Positions 36,878-46,376 of a stretch of 64,000 bases of DNA are shown here, in pieces. Origin of the DNA: Candidatus Doudnabacteria bacterium (GTDB lineage Bacteria > Patescibacteriota > Doudnabacteria > UBA920 > O2-02-FULL-48-8); the NCBI GenBank assembly GCA_039931165.1, contig JBDTSL010000004.1, forward strand, positions 21,028 to 85,027, read 5' to 3'. A program made the translations under genes and the position numbers. The number at the start of each line of letters is the position of its first letter. Position 1 is the first letter of the stretch. The notes under the pieces are model-generated. The model was not told the origin of the DNA, did not search any database, and saw only the letters and a program-made list of their open reading frames with translations.

Positions 36878-37582
36878 TTATTTTACCATTAAACTGTATT
36901 TAATTAAAGCCCACAGCGATTCGGTTTGGCCTTTGAAATTCATATGTTTGCCTTCGCCTTTTGATCTCGGAGCATAACTGATCGGGACTTCAATAATTTT
37001 ATAACCGAGCTTGCTCAGCCTGGCAGTCACCTCCGGCTCAAAACCAAACCTTTTTGATTCTAGCTTATCGAGCACTGAACTTAAAGCCTTCCGACTAAAT
37101 GCTTTATAACAGGTCATAATGTCCGTGATATTTTGCCCGGTAAACAGATTGCCAAAGCGCGTAAAAGCTTTATTAAAAAAACTATGCCAAAAAAGCAGAT
37201 CTGGATTTTCCTTCAGATAGCGTGAACCATAAACGACTTCAGCTTTCAATTTCCAGAACGGCGCCAGAACATTTTCAATCTCCGCGGGATCGTATTCCAG
37301 ATCCGCATCCTGGATGACAATAATGTCGCCTGTGGCATGCTGAAATCCGGTATGCAGCGCGCCGCCTTTGCCCTGGTTTATATCGTGAACAAACACGGTA
37401 ATTTGAGGGTCTTGCAGTTTCCTCACAAACTCGGTTGTTCCATCGGTTGAATGATCATCCACCAAAATAATTTCTTTTTCCAGACCGCCGGATCCCGCAA
37501 GCTGGACTTGAGTCAGAAGCTCTTGAATAGTCGCCAGCTCGTTGTAGACGGGAATGATTATGCTGATTTTTTTATAATCCAT
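36878..37582 (-). CDS. family 2 glycosyltransferase (polyprenol-phosphate sugar transferase-like)
   Basis: IIIPVYNE...DDHSTDGT...DAD motifs of GT2 (DPM1-like). Confidence 0.8.
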   Translation of the reverse strand: MDYKKISIIIPVYNELATIQELLTQVQLAGSGGLEKEIILVDDHSTDGTTEFVRKLQDPQITVFVHDINQGKGGALHTGFQHATGDIIVIQDADLEYDPAEIENVLAPFWKLKAEVVYGSRYLKENPDLLFWHSFFNKAFTRFGNLFTGQNITDIMTCYKAFSRKALSSVLDKLESKRFGFEPEVTARLSKLGYKIIEVPISYAPRSKGEGKHMNFKGQTESLWALIKYSLMVK

Positions 37583-37641
37583 GTCTTAAGTTTAGCTTTT
37601 TTGATCAAAAAAAAGAAGCGCAGGTTTAGGGACCCTGCGCT

Positions 37642-37824
37642 TTAGCGTGACTGAGTGGCCGGTGCCGGTTTCGGAGTCGATTCACTCCGCCCTCGAGTGA
37701 GGAAATATGCGCAGACCGAGACGATGATCACGATGACCGCCGCGACCATCACGAACTTCTTGCTGTCAAACCCGTACGAGGCTTGCTGCCGGCGGCCGAA
37801 ACTCGGCTCGTTAATTGCAGACAT
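37642..37824 (-). CDS. small single-TM protein (hypothetical)
   Basis: 60 aa with one hydrophobic helix; low confidence that it is expressed. Confidence 0.2.
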   Translation of the reverse strand: MSAINEPSFGRRQQASYGFDSKKFVMVAAVIVIIVSVCAYFLTRGRSESTPKPAPATQSR

Positions 37825-37902
37825 AGCATTCCTCCTGGAAAGAGAACCTTGTCCACACTATAAATCATTCGGCCAAGCCTCGCAACATGATATAATCAAG
37901 AC

Positions 37903-38160
37903 ATGTTTGATAATATCAAAGACCTCTACAATCTGCGCAAACAGGCCGCGGAACTGCAAAACCAGCTCGGCTCTGAAAAGTTCACGGAAACCTCGGGCAA
38001 CGTGACATTAACCCTGAATGGGAACCAGGAGCTTCTGGAGGTTAAAATCACAGACGGATCTGATATAAAAAACCTTGAAACTGATTTTAAAAACGCTTAT
38101 AACAAGGCCCAAAACAAGCTTAAGTCCGCTTTGGCTTCGAAGTTCCAAGGCATGCTTTAG
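37903..38160 (+). CDS. YbaB/EbfC-family nucleoid-associated protein
   Basis: 85 aa; MFDNIKDLYNLRKQAAELQNQL ... VTLTLNGNQELLEVKID pattern of YbaB. Confidence 0.65.
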   Translation: MFDNIKDLYNLRKQAAELQNQLGSEKFTETSGNVTLTLNGNQELLEVKITDGSDIKNLETDFKNAYNKAQNKLKSALASKFQGML

Positions 38161-38233
38161 TTGAAATCCTCAGCTAATTCGGATATAATCTTAAAGGCTT
38201 CGTTAGAAGTCTTTATTTATTAAACACCATACC

Positions 38234-40231
38234 ATGCTTACAGAATCTTCGATATTTGGCCTGTCGATCTTTGCCGGCCTTGCCGCGATCGCCTACGGAT
38301 TGATCCTTACATACTGGGTTCTGCAAAAACCGGACGGAGATAAAAAAATGCAGGAAATCGCCTCCGCCATCCAGGAAGGCGCGACCGCCTATCTGACCCG
38401 CCAATACTCGACCGTGGCCGTGGTCGCCGTCATTCTGGCCGTGCTGATCTGGAAAATTTTGGGTGTGCACTCGGCGCTTGGATTCGTGCTGGGAGCTGTG
38501 GCTTCGGCAGGTGCCGGATTTACTGGGATGTTCGTAGCTGTGCGCGCCAATGTCCGGACTGCCCAAGCGGCCAGATCGGGGCTGAAAGAAGCTTTCTCGC
38601 TGGCTTTCAATGGAGGCGCAGTCACCGGATTGTTTGTGGTCGGTTTAGGTCTTTTGTCGGTCTCATTATTTTATCATTTTACGAATGATCTTAATTCCCT
38701 TGTCGGATTGGCGTTCGGAGCCAGCTTAATTTCGGTATTCGCCAGGCTTGGCGGCGGAATTTTCACAAAAGGCGCCGATGTCGGAGCTGACTTGGTAGGA
38801 AAAATAGAAGCCGGCATCCCCGAGGATGATCCTCGGAATCCGGCAGTGATCGCGGACAACGTCGGAGACAACGTCGGAGACGACGCCGGCATGGCCGCTG
38901 ACTTATTCGAAACCTATGCCGTGACCACGATCGCCGCCATGCTTTTGGGAAACATTATTTATAAAGACAACTCTCTTTTCATTCTCTACCCGTTGGCTCT
39001 CGGCTCGGTTGCGGTATTTGCGTCGATCATCGGCACTTTTTTCGTGCGCTTGGTGAACAAACAAATCATGACCGCACTTTACAAAGGCTTGATCGTTTCA
39101 GCAATTTTGTCCGCTATCGGGTTTTATTGGGTGACGAAAAGCCTGTTTATCCCTTTTTTCGGCGTCGGCTTATTTTACTCCTCTTTGGTAGGATTGGGCG
39201 TGACAGCCGCCATGGTCATTATCACCGAATACTACACCTCAAAAAAATTTAAACCAGTCCAATCTATCGCCCAGGCCTCAACCACCGGGCACGGGACGAA
39301 TATCATTACCGGGCTTGCCGTATCAATGCAGGCAACCGCGCTTCCGGTGCTGACAATCATTGCTGGCATTTTGCTTTCATATCACTTTGCGGAAATCTAT
39401 GGCACTGCCATTGCCACGGTTTCGATGTTGTCCATGGCAGGGATCATCGTGGCCATCGACGCTTTTGGTCCCATCACGGACAACGCCGGAGGCATTGCCG
39501 AAATGGCCGGGCTTCCGGATTCAGTACGGCAGTCAACCGATGCGCTGGATGCGGTTGGCAACACAACGAAAGCGGTAACCAAAGGATATGCCATAGCATC
39601 CGCCGGACTTGCCGCTGTGGTGTTATTTGCCTCATACACCCATGAACTTGCCGGCTTGGGCAGGAACCTGACCTTTGATCTGTCGGACACAAAGGTGCTG
39701 GCCGGGTTGCTTATTGGCGCTGCCCTTCCATATCTGTTCGCTTCCATGGCCATGCAGGCTGTTGGCAAGGCCGGACATGCCGTAGTGGAAGAAGTCCGGA
39801 GGCAGTTCAAAGAAATTCCGGGAATTATGGCTGGCACCGCTAAACCGGATTATGCGCGGGCTGTGGATATCGTGACCAAAGCTGCCATTAGAGAAATGGT
39901 TTTACCGGCACTGCTTCCGGTCGTGGTTCCGATTCTGGTTGGTATAATCCCGTTTCTGGGCGCCAAAGCCTTGGGCGGAGTTTTAGTCGGCTCGATCATC
40001 ACGGGCTTGTTTGTAGCCATTTCCATGACTTCGGGCGGAGCGGCCTGGGATAACGCCAAAAAATTCATCGAAGAAGGCCACTATGGCGGCAAAAAATCCT
40101 TGGCCCACCAGGCCGCAGTGACCGGCGACACGGTCGGCGATCCTTATAAAGACACAGCGGGTCCCGCCATAAATCCAATGATAAAAATAATTAATATCGT
40201 AGCGCTGCTGATCATCAGTTTTCTCGCCTAG
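38234..40231 (+). CDS. hppA: membrane-bound proton/sodium-translocating pyrophosphatase (V-type H+-PPase)
   Basis: 665 aa, about 15 TM helices. [45 protein letters not shown] is the PPase signature. Confidence 0.9.
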   Translation: MLTESSIFGLSIFAGLAAIAYGLILTYWVLQKPDGDKKMQEIASAIQEGATAYLTRQYSTVAVVAVILAVLIWKILGVHSALGFVLGAVASAGAGFTGMFVAVRANVRTAQAARSGLKEAFSLAFNGGAVTGLFVVGLGLLSVSLFYHFTNDLNSLVGLAFGASLISVFARLGGGIFTKGADVGADLVGKIEAGIPEDDPRNPAVIADNVGDNVGDDAGMAADLFETYAVTTIAAMLLGNIIYKDNSLFILYPLALGSVAVFASIIGTFFVRLVNKQIMTALYKGLIVSAILSAIGFYWVTKSLFIPFFGVGLFYSSLVGLGVTAAMVIITEYYTSKKFKPVQSIAQASTTGHGTNIITGLAVSMQATALPVLTIIAGILLSYHFAEIYGTAIATVSMLSMAGIIVAIDAFGPITDNAGGIAEMAGLPDSVRQSTDALDAVGNTTKAVTKGYAIASAGLAAVVLFASYTHELAGLGRNLTFDLSDTKVLAGLLIGAALPYLFASMAMQAVGKAGHAVVEEVRRQFKEIPGIMAGTAKPDYARAVDIVTKAAIREMVLPALLPVVVPILVGIIPFLGAKALGGVLVGSIITGLFVAISMTSGGAAWDNAKKFIEEGHYGGKKSLAHQAAVTGDTVGDPYKDTAGPAINPMIKIINIVALLIISFLA

Positions 40232-40237
40232 CTTGAC

Positions 40238-40280
40238 CATAAAAACAAACCGGATTTTGAAAAGTCTGGTTTTTGTTTTA
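40238..40280 (+). terminator. rho-independent terminator after hppA
   Basis: aaaaacaaaccggattttgaaaagtctggtttttgtttt. Confidence 0.5.
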
Positions 40281-40329
40281 TAATTAAGACAATTGTTTTG
40301 CTTCTTTCCGTCAACCCAAAGGAGGGCCA

Positions 40330-40785
40330 ATGGACACGAGCAGCTCTTCGGCCAAAAAGTCGTCCGTTCCCGTTCGGCCCGAAAGTTCGTGGGAGGACCC
40401 GGCAATTTCTACTGAATCTCGGGTCATCGACGAGGATGCTATTTCCCGCTTCTCCGCGGCGGTCGGCGAAGACAATCAGATCCACTTCTCGGACAGAGCC
40501 GCCCAGGAAGCTGGGTTCCTCCGAAGAGTGGCGCCCGGCAAACTGGTGGAGAGCATCGGCGTCGATCTGATCCGCAGGTCACTCAATTCTCACAGCCGCT
40601 ACCCGATTCTGCTCGAGGATTGCTGGCGGCTACTGGCCCCGGTCTATATCGGAGATGAGATCTTTCTCAGGTACACATACCGCAACAAGCTCGGTGTGTG
40701 CGTGATCGGTGGCGAAATTTACGCCATCAGGGCAGACCAAGAAGTGCGCGTAGCTTCGGGATCGATCAAGGCCAAGTGCCCGTAG
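40330..40785 (+). CDS. MaoC-like (hotdog-fold) dehydratase domain protein, GC-rich and probably horizontally acquired
   Basis: VGEDNQIHFSD resembles the MaoC GDxNPxH motif; GGAGGG RBS 6 nt upstream. Local GC is about 58% against a window average in the low 40s. Confidence 0.55.
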   Translation: MDTSSSSAKKSSVPVRPESSWEDPAISTESRVIDEDAISRFSAAVGEDNQIHFSDRAAQEAGFLRRVAPGKLVESIGVDLIRRSLNSHSRYPILLEDCWRLLAPVYIGDEIFLRYTYRNKLGVCVIGGEIYAIRADQEVRVASGSIKAKCP

Positions 40786-40858
40786 TTGTTGCGATGACGC
40801 TAGAAGAGGCTGACAAGCCAAAAACTTGTCTACCTCTCTTTTTTTTAATCATGCCCAA

Positions 40859-41953
40859 TTAAAAAACCTTGTCTATAACCCCGCCGCCTAAAAGTTCTTC
40901 GCTGTTGTAAATCACCGAGGATTGGCCTGGAGTTATCGCCCGTTGTGCCTGTTCAAAAACGACTTCAAGTTTGTTACCGGTTTTTTGTTTGATATTTGCC
41001 TGAAATTCCGGATGATGATACCTGATAGAAACCCCTGTTCTGGTAGGAAAATCGGGGGTTTGTCCCACCCAGGAAAGGTCAGTAACGGAAAATGTATTTT
41101 TCCAAAGATCTGCGTCAGTTTTGTTGTTCGTGACTACCAATCGATTGCCCTCAAAATCTTTTCTGGTCACATAATAAGGACCTTGGCCTCCCAGATTCAT
41201 GCCTTCTCTTTGGCCGATAGTATAATACGGCAACCCGTCATGAACACCCAAAACCTGTCCGTTGGCTGTCATAATCTCTCCTGCTTTGGTTTTAATATGA
41301 GCTTTTAAAAACTCGGTGACATTGATCTTGCCGATAAAGCAAATTCCCTGTGAATCTTTTTTAGCCGCATTAGGCAAATCGAATTTCTTTGCCAATGCTC
41401 TCACTTCCGATTTCGCCATGTGCCCGATTGGAAACAGGATTTTTTCCAGCTGATGCTGTTTTAATGTATATAAAAAATAGCTTTGGTCCTTGGCCGGGTC
41501 AATGCCTTTCAACAAATGATAACTGTTATCCGATTTCTGATATCTGACTCGCGCATAATGACCGGTAGCCACGAAATCTGCGCCTAACCGCAAGGCCTTT
41601 TCCAAAAAAACCTTGAATTTTATTTCGGTATTGCACATCACATCCGGATTAGGAGTGCGTCCGGCGGAATATTCCCGCAAAAAATACTCGACGACTTTAT
41701 CGTAGTATTCGTTTTCAAAATTCCAGACGTAAAAAGGAATATTCAGCAATTGGGCCACCTTGCGCGCGTCCTCCGAATCTTCGGCCCATGAGCAGCCAAA
41801 ATCGCCGAAATCCTCGCTCCAATTTTTCATATACACGCCAATAACATCAAAGCCTTGCTGTTTGAGCAAAGCAGCTGTAACTGAAGAATCCACACCGCCG
41901 GACATGCCGACAACAACAGTTTTTTTCTTTGAATTAAGCATAGCGAATATCAT
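40859..41953 (-). CDS. mnmA: tRNA-specific 2-thiouridylase
   Basis: VVGMSGGVDSSV PP-loop and MnmA C-terminal domain; 364 aa. Confidence 0.9.
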   Translation of the reverse strand: MIFAMLNSKKKTVVVGMSGGVDSSVTAALLKQQGFDVIGVYMKNWSEDFGDFGCSWAEDSEDARKVAQLLNIPFYVWNFENEYYDKVVEYFLREYSAGRTPNPDVMCNTEIKFKVFLEKALRLGADFVATGHYARVRYQKSDNSYHLLKGIDPAKDQSYFLYTLKQHQLEKILFPIGHMAKSEVRALAKKFDLPNAAKKDSQGICFIGKINVTEFLKAHIKTKAGEIMTANGQVLGVHDGLPYYTIGQREGMNLGGQGPYYVTRKDFEGNRLVVTNNKTDADLWKNTFSVTDLSWVGQTPDFPTRTGVSIRYHHPEFQANIKQKTGNKLEVVFEQAQRAITPGQSSVIYNSEELLGGGVIDKVF

Positions 41954-41992
41954 AGCAAATTTATAGCCAATTGTAACTCTTACGTTTTTGTT

Positions 41993-43831
41993 TCAATCGA
42001 ATTGGATTTTATCGCCGGGTTTGAGCGTTCCCTGCTTTTGTTCCGGTTCGGCGGGTTTGGTTTCTTCGGTTTTGATTACCGGGGGCGCCGGTTGAATCCG
42101 CGGCTGCTGTTCGGGTACTTGCTTTTTTGAAGCATCTTTACCGAGCGAAAGTGCCAGAGAACTGCTTAAATCCTCCAGAGCCGAAGTGGCTTTCCCAACT
42201 CTCTCGGTAATCTTTTCCGCCGCCAGCTTATTCACAGTTTCCCAAACCGGGTTTTGCGCGGGTTTTTTATCCGCCATTCTTCTGCCCGAATTATTTTCCG
42301 ACTGCTGTGCCGGCCTCCGTTCGGGTCTCCTGGTTTCCTGTCTGCGCGGCTGTTCAGACTGGCTGATCCTGGGGGCAGAAGGCACCGGCCTTTCAGAACG
42401 AGTAGCCGGAGCCGGAAGCGCTTGGTTGACTTGGACAGGAGGAGAAATAACCGCCGGACGGTCCTGGTAGCGTAAACTTTCTTGCAGCTCTTCTTGCTCA
42501 ACAGCGCCGCTCTCTGACGCAGCGGCTTGAGCGTGAAATTCCGAACCCATCCACTTGTTGATCTTCTCTTCCACTCCTTCCCGTTTGTTCGCATAGCGTT
42601 CCCTGGAAATACTGACAACTTTTTCTTCGTTGCCGGTGATCTCCGCGATTGGCGGCAGAGTTGTCGCAGAAAAAGGTGTCGATGAAACTCCGTTGATCAT
42701 CAGCTTCAAATAAACGTGATATTTGGTCAGATTGACCAGATCGTTCAGCAGATACGTCGGGTCGAATTCCTTTTCCAAAAATTCGGCGTCGTCAGCCCCG
42801 GTGCGGAAGCAAATCAATGTTCCGACGTTGCCGAAGATCGCATCCCTGACAACAGTATTTTTTTTATCCGTGACCAGCTGGCCGATGTACTGATGGGCCA
42901 CGATCAAATTCAGCCGGTATTTCCGGGCTTCGGACAGAATGTTTGCGAAAGATTCGGTGGCAAAGTTCTGGAACTCGTCCACATACAGATAAAAATCCTC
43001 CCGTTCTTCCTCAGGAATATCCACGCGGCTCATGGCCGCAAGCTGTAGCTTGGTAATGATCATGGCGCCCAGCAAAGCCGAATTGTCCTCGCCGATCCTG
43101 CCTTTCGACAGGTTGATCAGGAAAATTTTCTTGTTATCCATGATCTCCCGCAGATCAATGGAGCTTTTCGTTTGGCCCACAATGTTGCGGATAATGGCGG
43201 ATGATAAAAATTGCCCGACCTTGTTTTGAATAGGCGCGATGGCCTCGTTTCGGAATTTGTCGTTGTAATTGGCGAACTCATCCACCCAAAACGATTTGAC
43301 CACGGGATCTTTGATATTATCCACAATCCTTTTCCGATAGGTTTTGTTGACCAGCATCCGAGCGATTCCGAGCAAAGTATTGCCTGGCGAATCAAGCAGG
43401 GCCAGAATCGTGTTGTTCAGAATATACTCCATTCGCGCCGACCAGACTCCGGCCCAGATCTTCGTGAACACGCCCATCAGTCCTGATGCCACCAAATGTT
43501 TATATTTCGGGTCTACTGATTCCAAAGGGTTAAAAGCAATGGGAAAATCGCTGTCCGCGGGATTCAGATAGACTACGTCATTAACCCGGTTGGACGGGAT
43601 GTAGTTGAGGATCTTTTCCACGGAGTCGCCATGCGGATCTACAAAAGCAACCCCATGCCCATCCTGAATGTCCTGGATGACCATATTTTCGATGAGGGTG
43701 GTTTTGCCCATCCCGGTTTTGCCGATGATATACATGTGGCGCCTGCGGTCATCCCGGCGGATACCGAAAGACACATCCCGGTTCCGGAAATTGGTTTTTG
43801 CGAACAGTGTTATGTCATTATCAGAGGCCAT
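41993..43831 (-). CDS. FtsK/HerA-superfamily P-loop ATPase, TraD/VirD4 (type IV coupling protein)-like, lacking an N-terminal TM domain and carrying a Q/P/R/E-rich disordered C-terminal tail
   Basis: Walker A IIGKTGMGKTTL, DPHGD, Walker B FYLYVDEFQNF, and RKYRLNLIVAHQYIGQL (TraG/TrwB-like R..Q..QL region). The last approx. 170 aa are low complexity. Confidence 0.5.
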   Translation of the reverse strand: MASDNDITLFAKTNFRNRDVSFGIRRDDRRRHMYIIGKTGMGKTTLIENMVIQDIQDGHGVAFVDPHGDSVEKILNYIPSNRVNDVVYLNPADSDFPIAFNPLESVDPKYKHLVASGLMGVFTKIWAGVWSARMEYILNNTILALLDSPGNTLLGIARMLVNKTYRKRIVDNIKDPVVKSFWVDEFANYNDKFRNEAIAPIQNKVGQFLSSAIIRNIVGQTKSSIDLREIMDNKKIFLINLSKGRIGEDNSALLGAMIITKLQLAAMSRVDIPEEEREDFYLYVDEFQNFATESFANILSEARKYRLNLIVAHQYIGQLVTDKKNTVVRDAIFGNVGTLICFRTGADDAEFLEKEFDPTYLLNDLVNLTKYHVYLKLMINGVSSTPFSATTLPPIAEITGNEEKVVSISRERYANKREGVEEKINKWMGSEFHAQAAASESGAVEQEELQESLRYQDRPAVISPPVQVNQALPAPATRSERPVPSAPRISQSEQPRRQETRRPERRPAQQSENNSGRRMADKKPAQNPVWETVNKLAAEKITERVGKATSALEDLSSSLALSLGKDASKKQVPEQQPRIQPAPPVIKTEETKPAEPEQKQGTLKPGDKIQFD

Positions 43832-43880
43832 AGAATTTAGAATTTAGAATATAGAATATAGAATATAGAATATAGAATAT
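43832..43880. repeat. heptanucleotide tandem repeat (TAGAATT)x2-(TAGAATA)x5 immediately 5' of the ATPase start codon
   Basis: tagaatttagaatttagaatatagaatatagaatatagaatatagaatata on the plus strand (ATTCTA-type units on the coding strand). Confidence 0.8.
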
Positions 43881-43918
43881 AAAATTTAGAATAAAGTCCA
43901 AATTCCAAATTCCATATT

Positions 43919-45244
43919 CTACCTAATCGGCAGATCCATCGGCGGCGCCGATTTGACTGTCTGAACTCTCTCCAGCTGCGAAATCCTGGTATGCGGGACC
44001 TGCGGGAAGTGAAAAATACTCGCCAGCTCTTCGGTGTTCATGATGACCTTGCCTACGCCCTGCCAACTGCTGCGCGTTAAAATCCAATGCAGTATGTGCC
44101 GCCTGCGTTTCAACTTTTGATTTTCAATATATGGCCGCTCCAGCCTTTCGGAAATATGAAACGAAGGGCCTTCGGTCCAGCTGTGGCCTATATCGGGCTT
44201 CATGCCGTTGAGGTTAACATCATCAAAATTGCGGAAAGCTCCGACAATTTCCGGGATCCTCAAAGATTTGTTGATTTTTCCTTTGGGCGCCAGATAAAAA
44301 GTTCTGATACGGACTTCGTATCCGATTTTTGAAGCAGCATGTTCAATGGCGTTTATCGCCAGCTTTTCATTATCGGTTTTGTGAAGCATCAGGCTCGGCG
44401 GTTCTTCCTGCACTCGGGATGCTGGCGCATGCTCTTCAGCAGGCCCGGCAACAATGCCGACCAAAATTTTGGCGATCAGGTCAGGGACAAAATGAACAAT
44501 TTTCAGTAGCCAGTCATCCCCGTGCTTTTCCGGCACACCTTTCAGCTTTTCCACAAGATGTTTAGTGTGATTTTTCCAGGAATCATCAATGGGCTTGATG
44601 ACCAGCTGGAATAACAGCAATTCGTAAGGCTGGATATTACTCATGACCTCTATGACATTTGAAAGCGGATCGATAAATGTTTCCTGGGCGCCGTGCTCAT
44701 AAGACGAATCCTGCAGATATGTCCGGATCGGGTAAGCATTATCCTTCTTTTTCAGCCACTCCGTGCCCCAAAATTCAAAGTCCGCGTGTTCCGGATCATA
44801 ATGATGGGGCAGATTGCGCAGATAATCCTCGATTTCGCGGATCTCAGCCTTGGCGTATTGGGCAAACACCGCGCTTTCCAATAAATTCCGGAAACGGGTA
44901 GGAATTCTGAAAATATAAGAAACTTTGCCGCCCAGGCTGACAATTTCGCACGAAACAGATAAAACGGTTTTTCCGGACAACTGCTCGCCCCAGCTGTAGT
45001 TTGTATGTATCGCGTGCAGCGCCGCGAAGATCTGCTCCATAGCCAGCGGCGACTTTTCGTTCAGCTCATCGATCTTCACTTCCAAAAGAACCCATTCGAT
45101 CGAATTAGCGTACTTAATGCGGTTCGCGTCCCGCTTCAACCACCAGAGCATCCAGACCAGAAACACCAAAAAAACGGTCCACCCATACCCGCTGATCAAA
45201 ACAATGTCAACCAAATAATGAAAATAATCGCTAAGAAACGACAT
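43919..45244 (-). CDS. membrane-anchored hypothetical protein (441 aa)
   Basis: N-terminal hydrophobic helix (VDIVLISGYGWTVFLVFLVWMLWWL); contains GEQLSGKT (GxxxxGKT-like). Stop and start overlap the flanking genes. Confidence 0.35.
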   Translation of the reverse strand: MSFLSDYFHYLVDIVLISGYGWTVFLVFLVWMLWWLKRDANRIKYANSIEWVLLEVKIDELNEKSPLAMEQIFAALHAIHTNYSWGEQLSGKTVLSVSCEIVSLGGKVSYIFRIPTRFRNLLESAVFAQYAKAEIREIEDYLRNLPHHYDPEHADFEFWGTEWLKKKDNAYPIRTYLQDSSYEHGAQETFIDPLSNVIEVMSNIQPYELLLFQLVIKPIDDSWKNHTKHLVEKLKGVPEKHGDDWLLKIVHFVPDLIAKILVGIVAGPAEEHAPASRVQEEPPSLMLHKTDNEKLAINAIEHAASKIGYEVRIRTFYLAPKGKINKSLRIPEIVGAFRNFDDVNLNGMKPDIGHSWTEGPSFHISERLERPYIENQKLKRRRHILHWILTRSSWQGVGKVIMNTEELASIFHFPQVPHTRISQLERVQTVKSAPPMDLPIR

Positions 45245-46376
45245 CGGTTGATTCCTCCGTTGCTAAAGCAAATTTATCTTTTCCGACTTTTTGAAAATGT
45301 TTGCGGTTGGAAAGCCCTACCAGGATCGTGTTTCTTTTCACCTGGCGCCGCTTCATGACCTCGGCTATGATTTCTTCCCGGCCAATGGGCCTGTTGAAAG
45401 ATTTCAATATTTCACGGATCACATCCGCAACCACGCCTTTTTTGTATCCCCACTCCGACAGCGCGTAAATGCCGCGGCCGATCAGCACAAACCGGGTGTC
45501 CTTGATCAGCTCATTATGGACAGTTTCCTGATAAGCGACCCGGTCGTCGAATTTATTATCGTTGATAAGTTTAGTGATCGCCGAATAGTGCTCCGGCTTT
45601 CCGTGATGCTTCATTACCAGATAAGCCTTATCCCCTACGTCGCGGGGTTTGACTTCACTCCAATGCCGCAGCCCGATCTCGCTGAACGGATTGATTTGGA
45701 TGATCTTGGACACTCCGAGATAGCTGTGCAGGATATTATCATTAAATTCCAATTCGTGCTCCTTGAAATACGCCGTCTGCCTGAATTTTTGGTATAAAGC
45801 ATCCTGGCTTAAGACATGCTTGTCAGATTCGAGGATAGCCGTAAATTCCTTCACCACCTTCTCAAGTTTGGAGAAGTCAAAGCCCAAAATATACCATGAC
45901 TCAAAGTACTCCCCGGAATCGTGAAGGTTTTTAAACTGCTCTCCCATGCATAAGAGAAACTTGACCGCATTCAGTTCATTGTTGTCCGATTTGCTGATCA
46001 GAGTAGTCTGCATCAAAGAATCCTCGCTCATGATGCTTCCGTGCTCGACGATCGTATCGAAGATCAGCTGCAGGGCTTTTTCCAGAGGAGGAAAATGCTG
46101 TTGTTTTAATAAATTCAAGGAATCTTTTTCGATCTGGCGAACTCGCTCCCGGGTCAAATTATTTTTTTTTCCGATCGACTCCAGTGTTTCGATCTCTTTG
46201 CCGGACAAGCCAAACCGCTTGCTTAAAATCTCCCGATCCCGTTCTTTCAAGCGCGACAAAAGATCATTGACCAAAACTATAGGCTGAAAATCGTTCAGAC
46301 TGGTTTGGGTCTGACTGCCCATGATCTGGTCGAGAATGTTTGAATTGCTCTGATTGTTCAACTCTTCAGAAGCCAT
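45231..46376 (-). CDS. sigma-70 region-4-like HTH protein with C-terminal HARE-HTH-like winged helix
   Basis: LSRLKERDREILSKRFGLSGKEIETLESIGKKNNLTRERVRQIEKDSL is a near-canonical sigma region 4.2; C-terminal HYSAI...DTRFVLIGRGIYALSEWGY matches the HARE-HTH (RpoE-delta-like) pattern. No sigma region 2. Confidence 0.45.
   Translation of the reverse strand: MASEELNNQSNSNILDQIMGSQTQTSLNDFQPIVLVNDLLSRLKERDREILSKRFGLSGKEIETLESIGKKNNLTRERVRQIEKDSLNLLKQQHFPPLEKALQLIFDTIVEHGSIMSEDSLMQTTLISKSDNNELNAVKFLLCMGEQFKNLHDSGEYFESWYILGFDFSKLEKVVKEFTAILESDKHVLSQDALYQKFRQTAYFKEHELEFNDNILHSYLGVSKIIQINPFSEIGLRHWSEVKPRDVGDKAYLVMKHHGKPEHYSAITKLINDNKFDDRVAYQETVHNELIKDTRFVLIGRGIYALSEWGYKKGVVADVIREILKSFNRPIGREEIIAEVMKRRQVKRNTILVGLSNRKHFQKVGKDKFALATEESTDVVS

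Noticed and set aside
36780-36977. 65-aa plus-strand ORF MLMLSLAGEEGFEPS...
   Set aside because: It is the antisense translation of the tRNA-Gln gene and the 3' end of the GT2 gene; no coding support.
38389-39837. Several minus-strand ORFs (78-146 aa) inside hppA, and plus/minus ORFs at 40228-40570
   Set aside because: Antisense or out-of-frame shadow ORFs within GC-richer coding sequence (hppA and the MaoC island); A/P/T-rich low-complexity translations.
43832-43880. Possible CRISPR array suggested by the regular tagaata repeats
   Set aside because: Units are 7 nt with no spacers and total only about 50 nt; this is a microsatellite-type tandem repeat, not a repeat-spacer array. No cas genes in the window.
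45231-46376. Calling the 381-aa protein an alternative sigma factor
   Set aside because: Only a region-4-like HTH is present; no region 2 (-10 recognition/core binding) motifs are visible, so it is annotated as an HTH/HARE-HTH protein instead.
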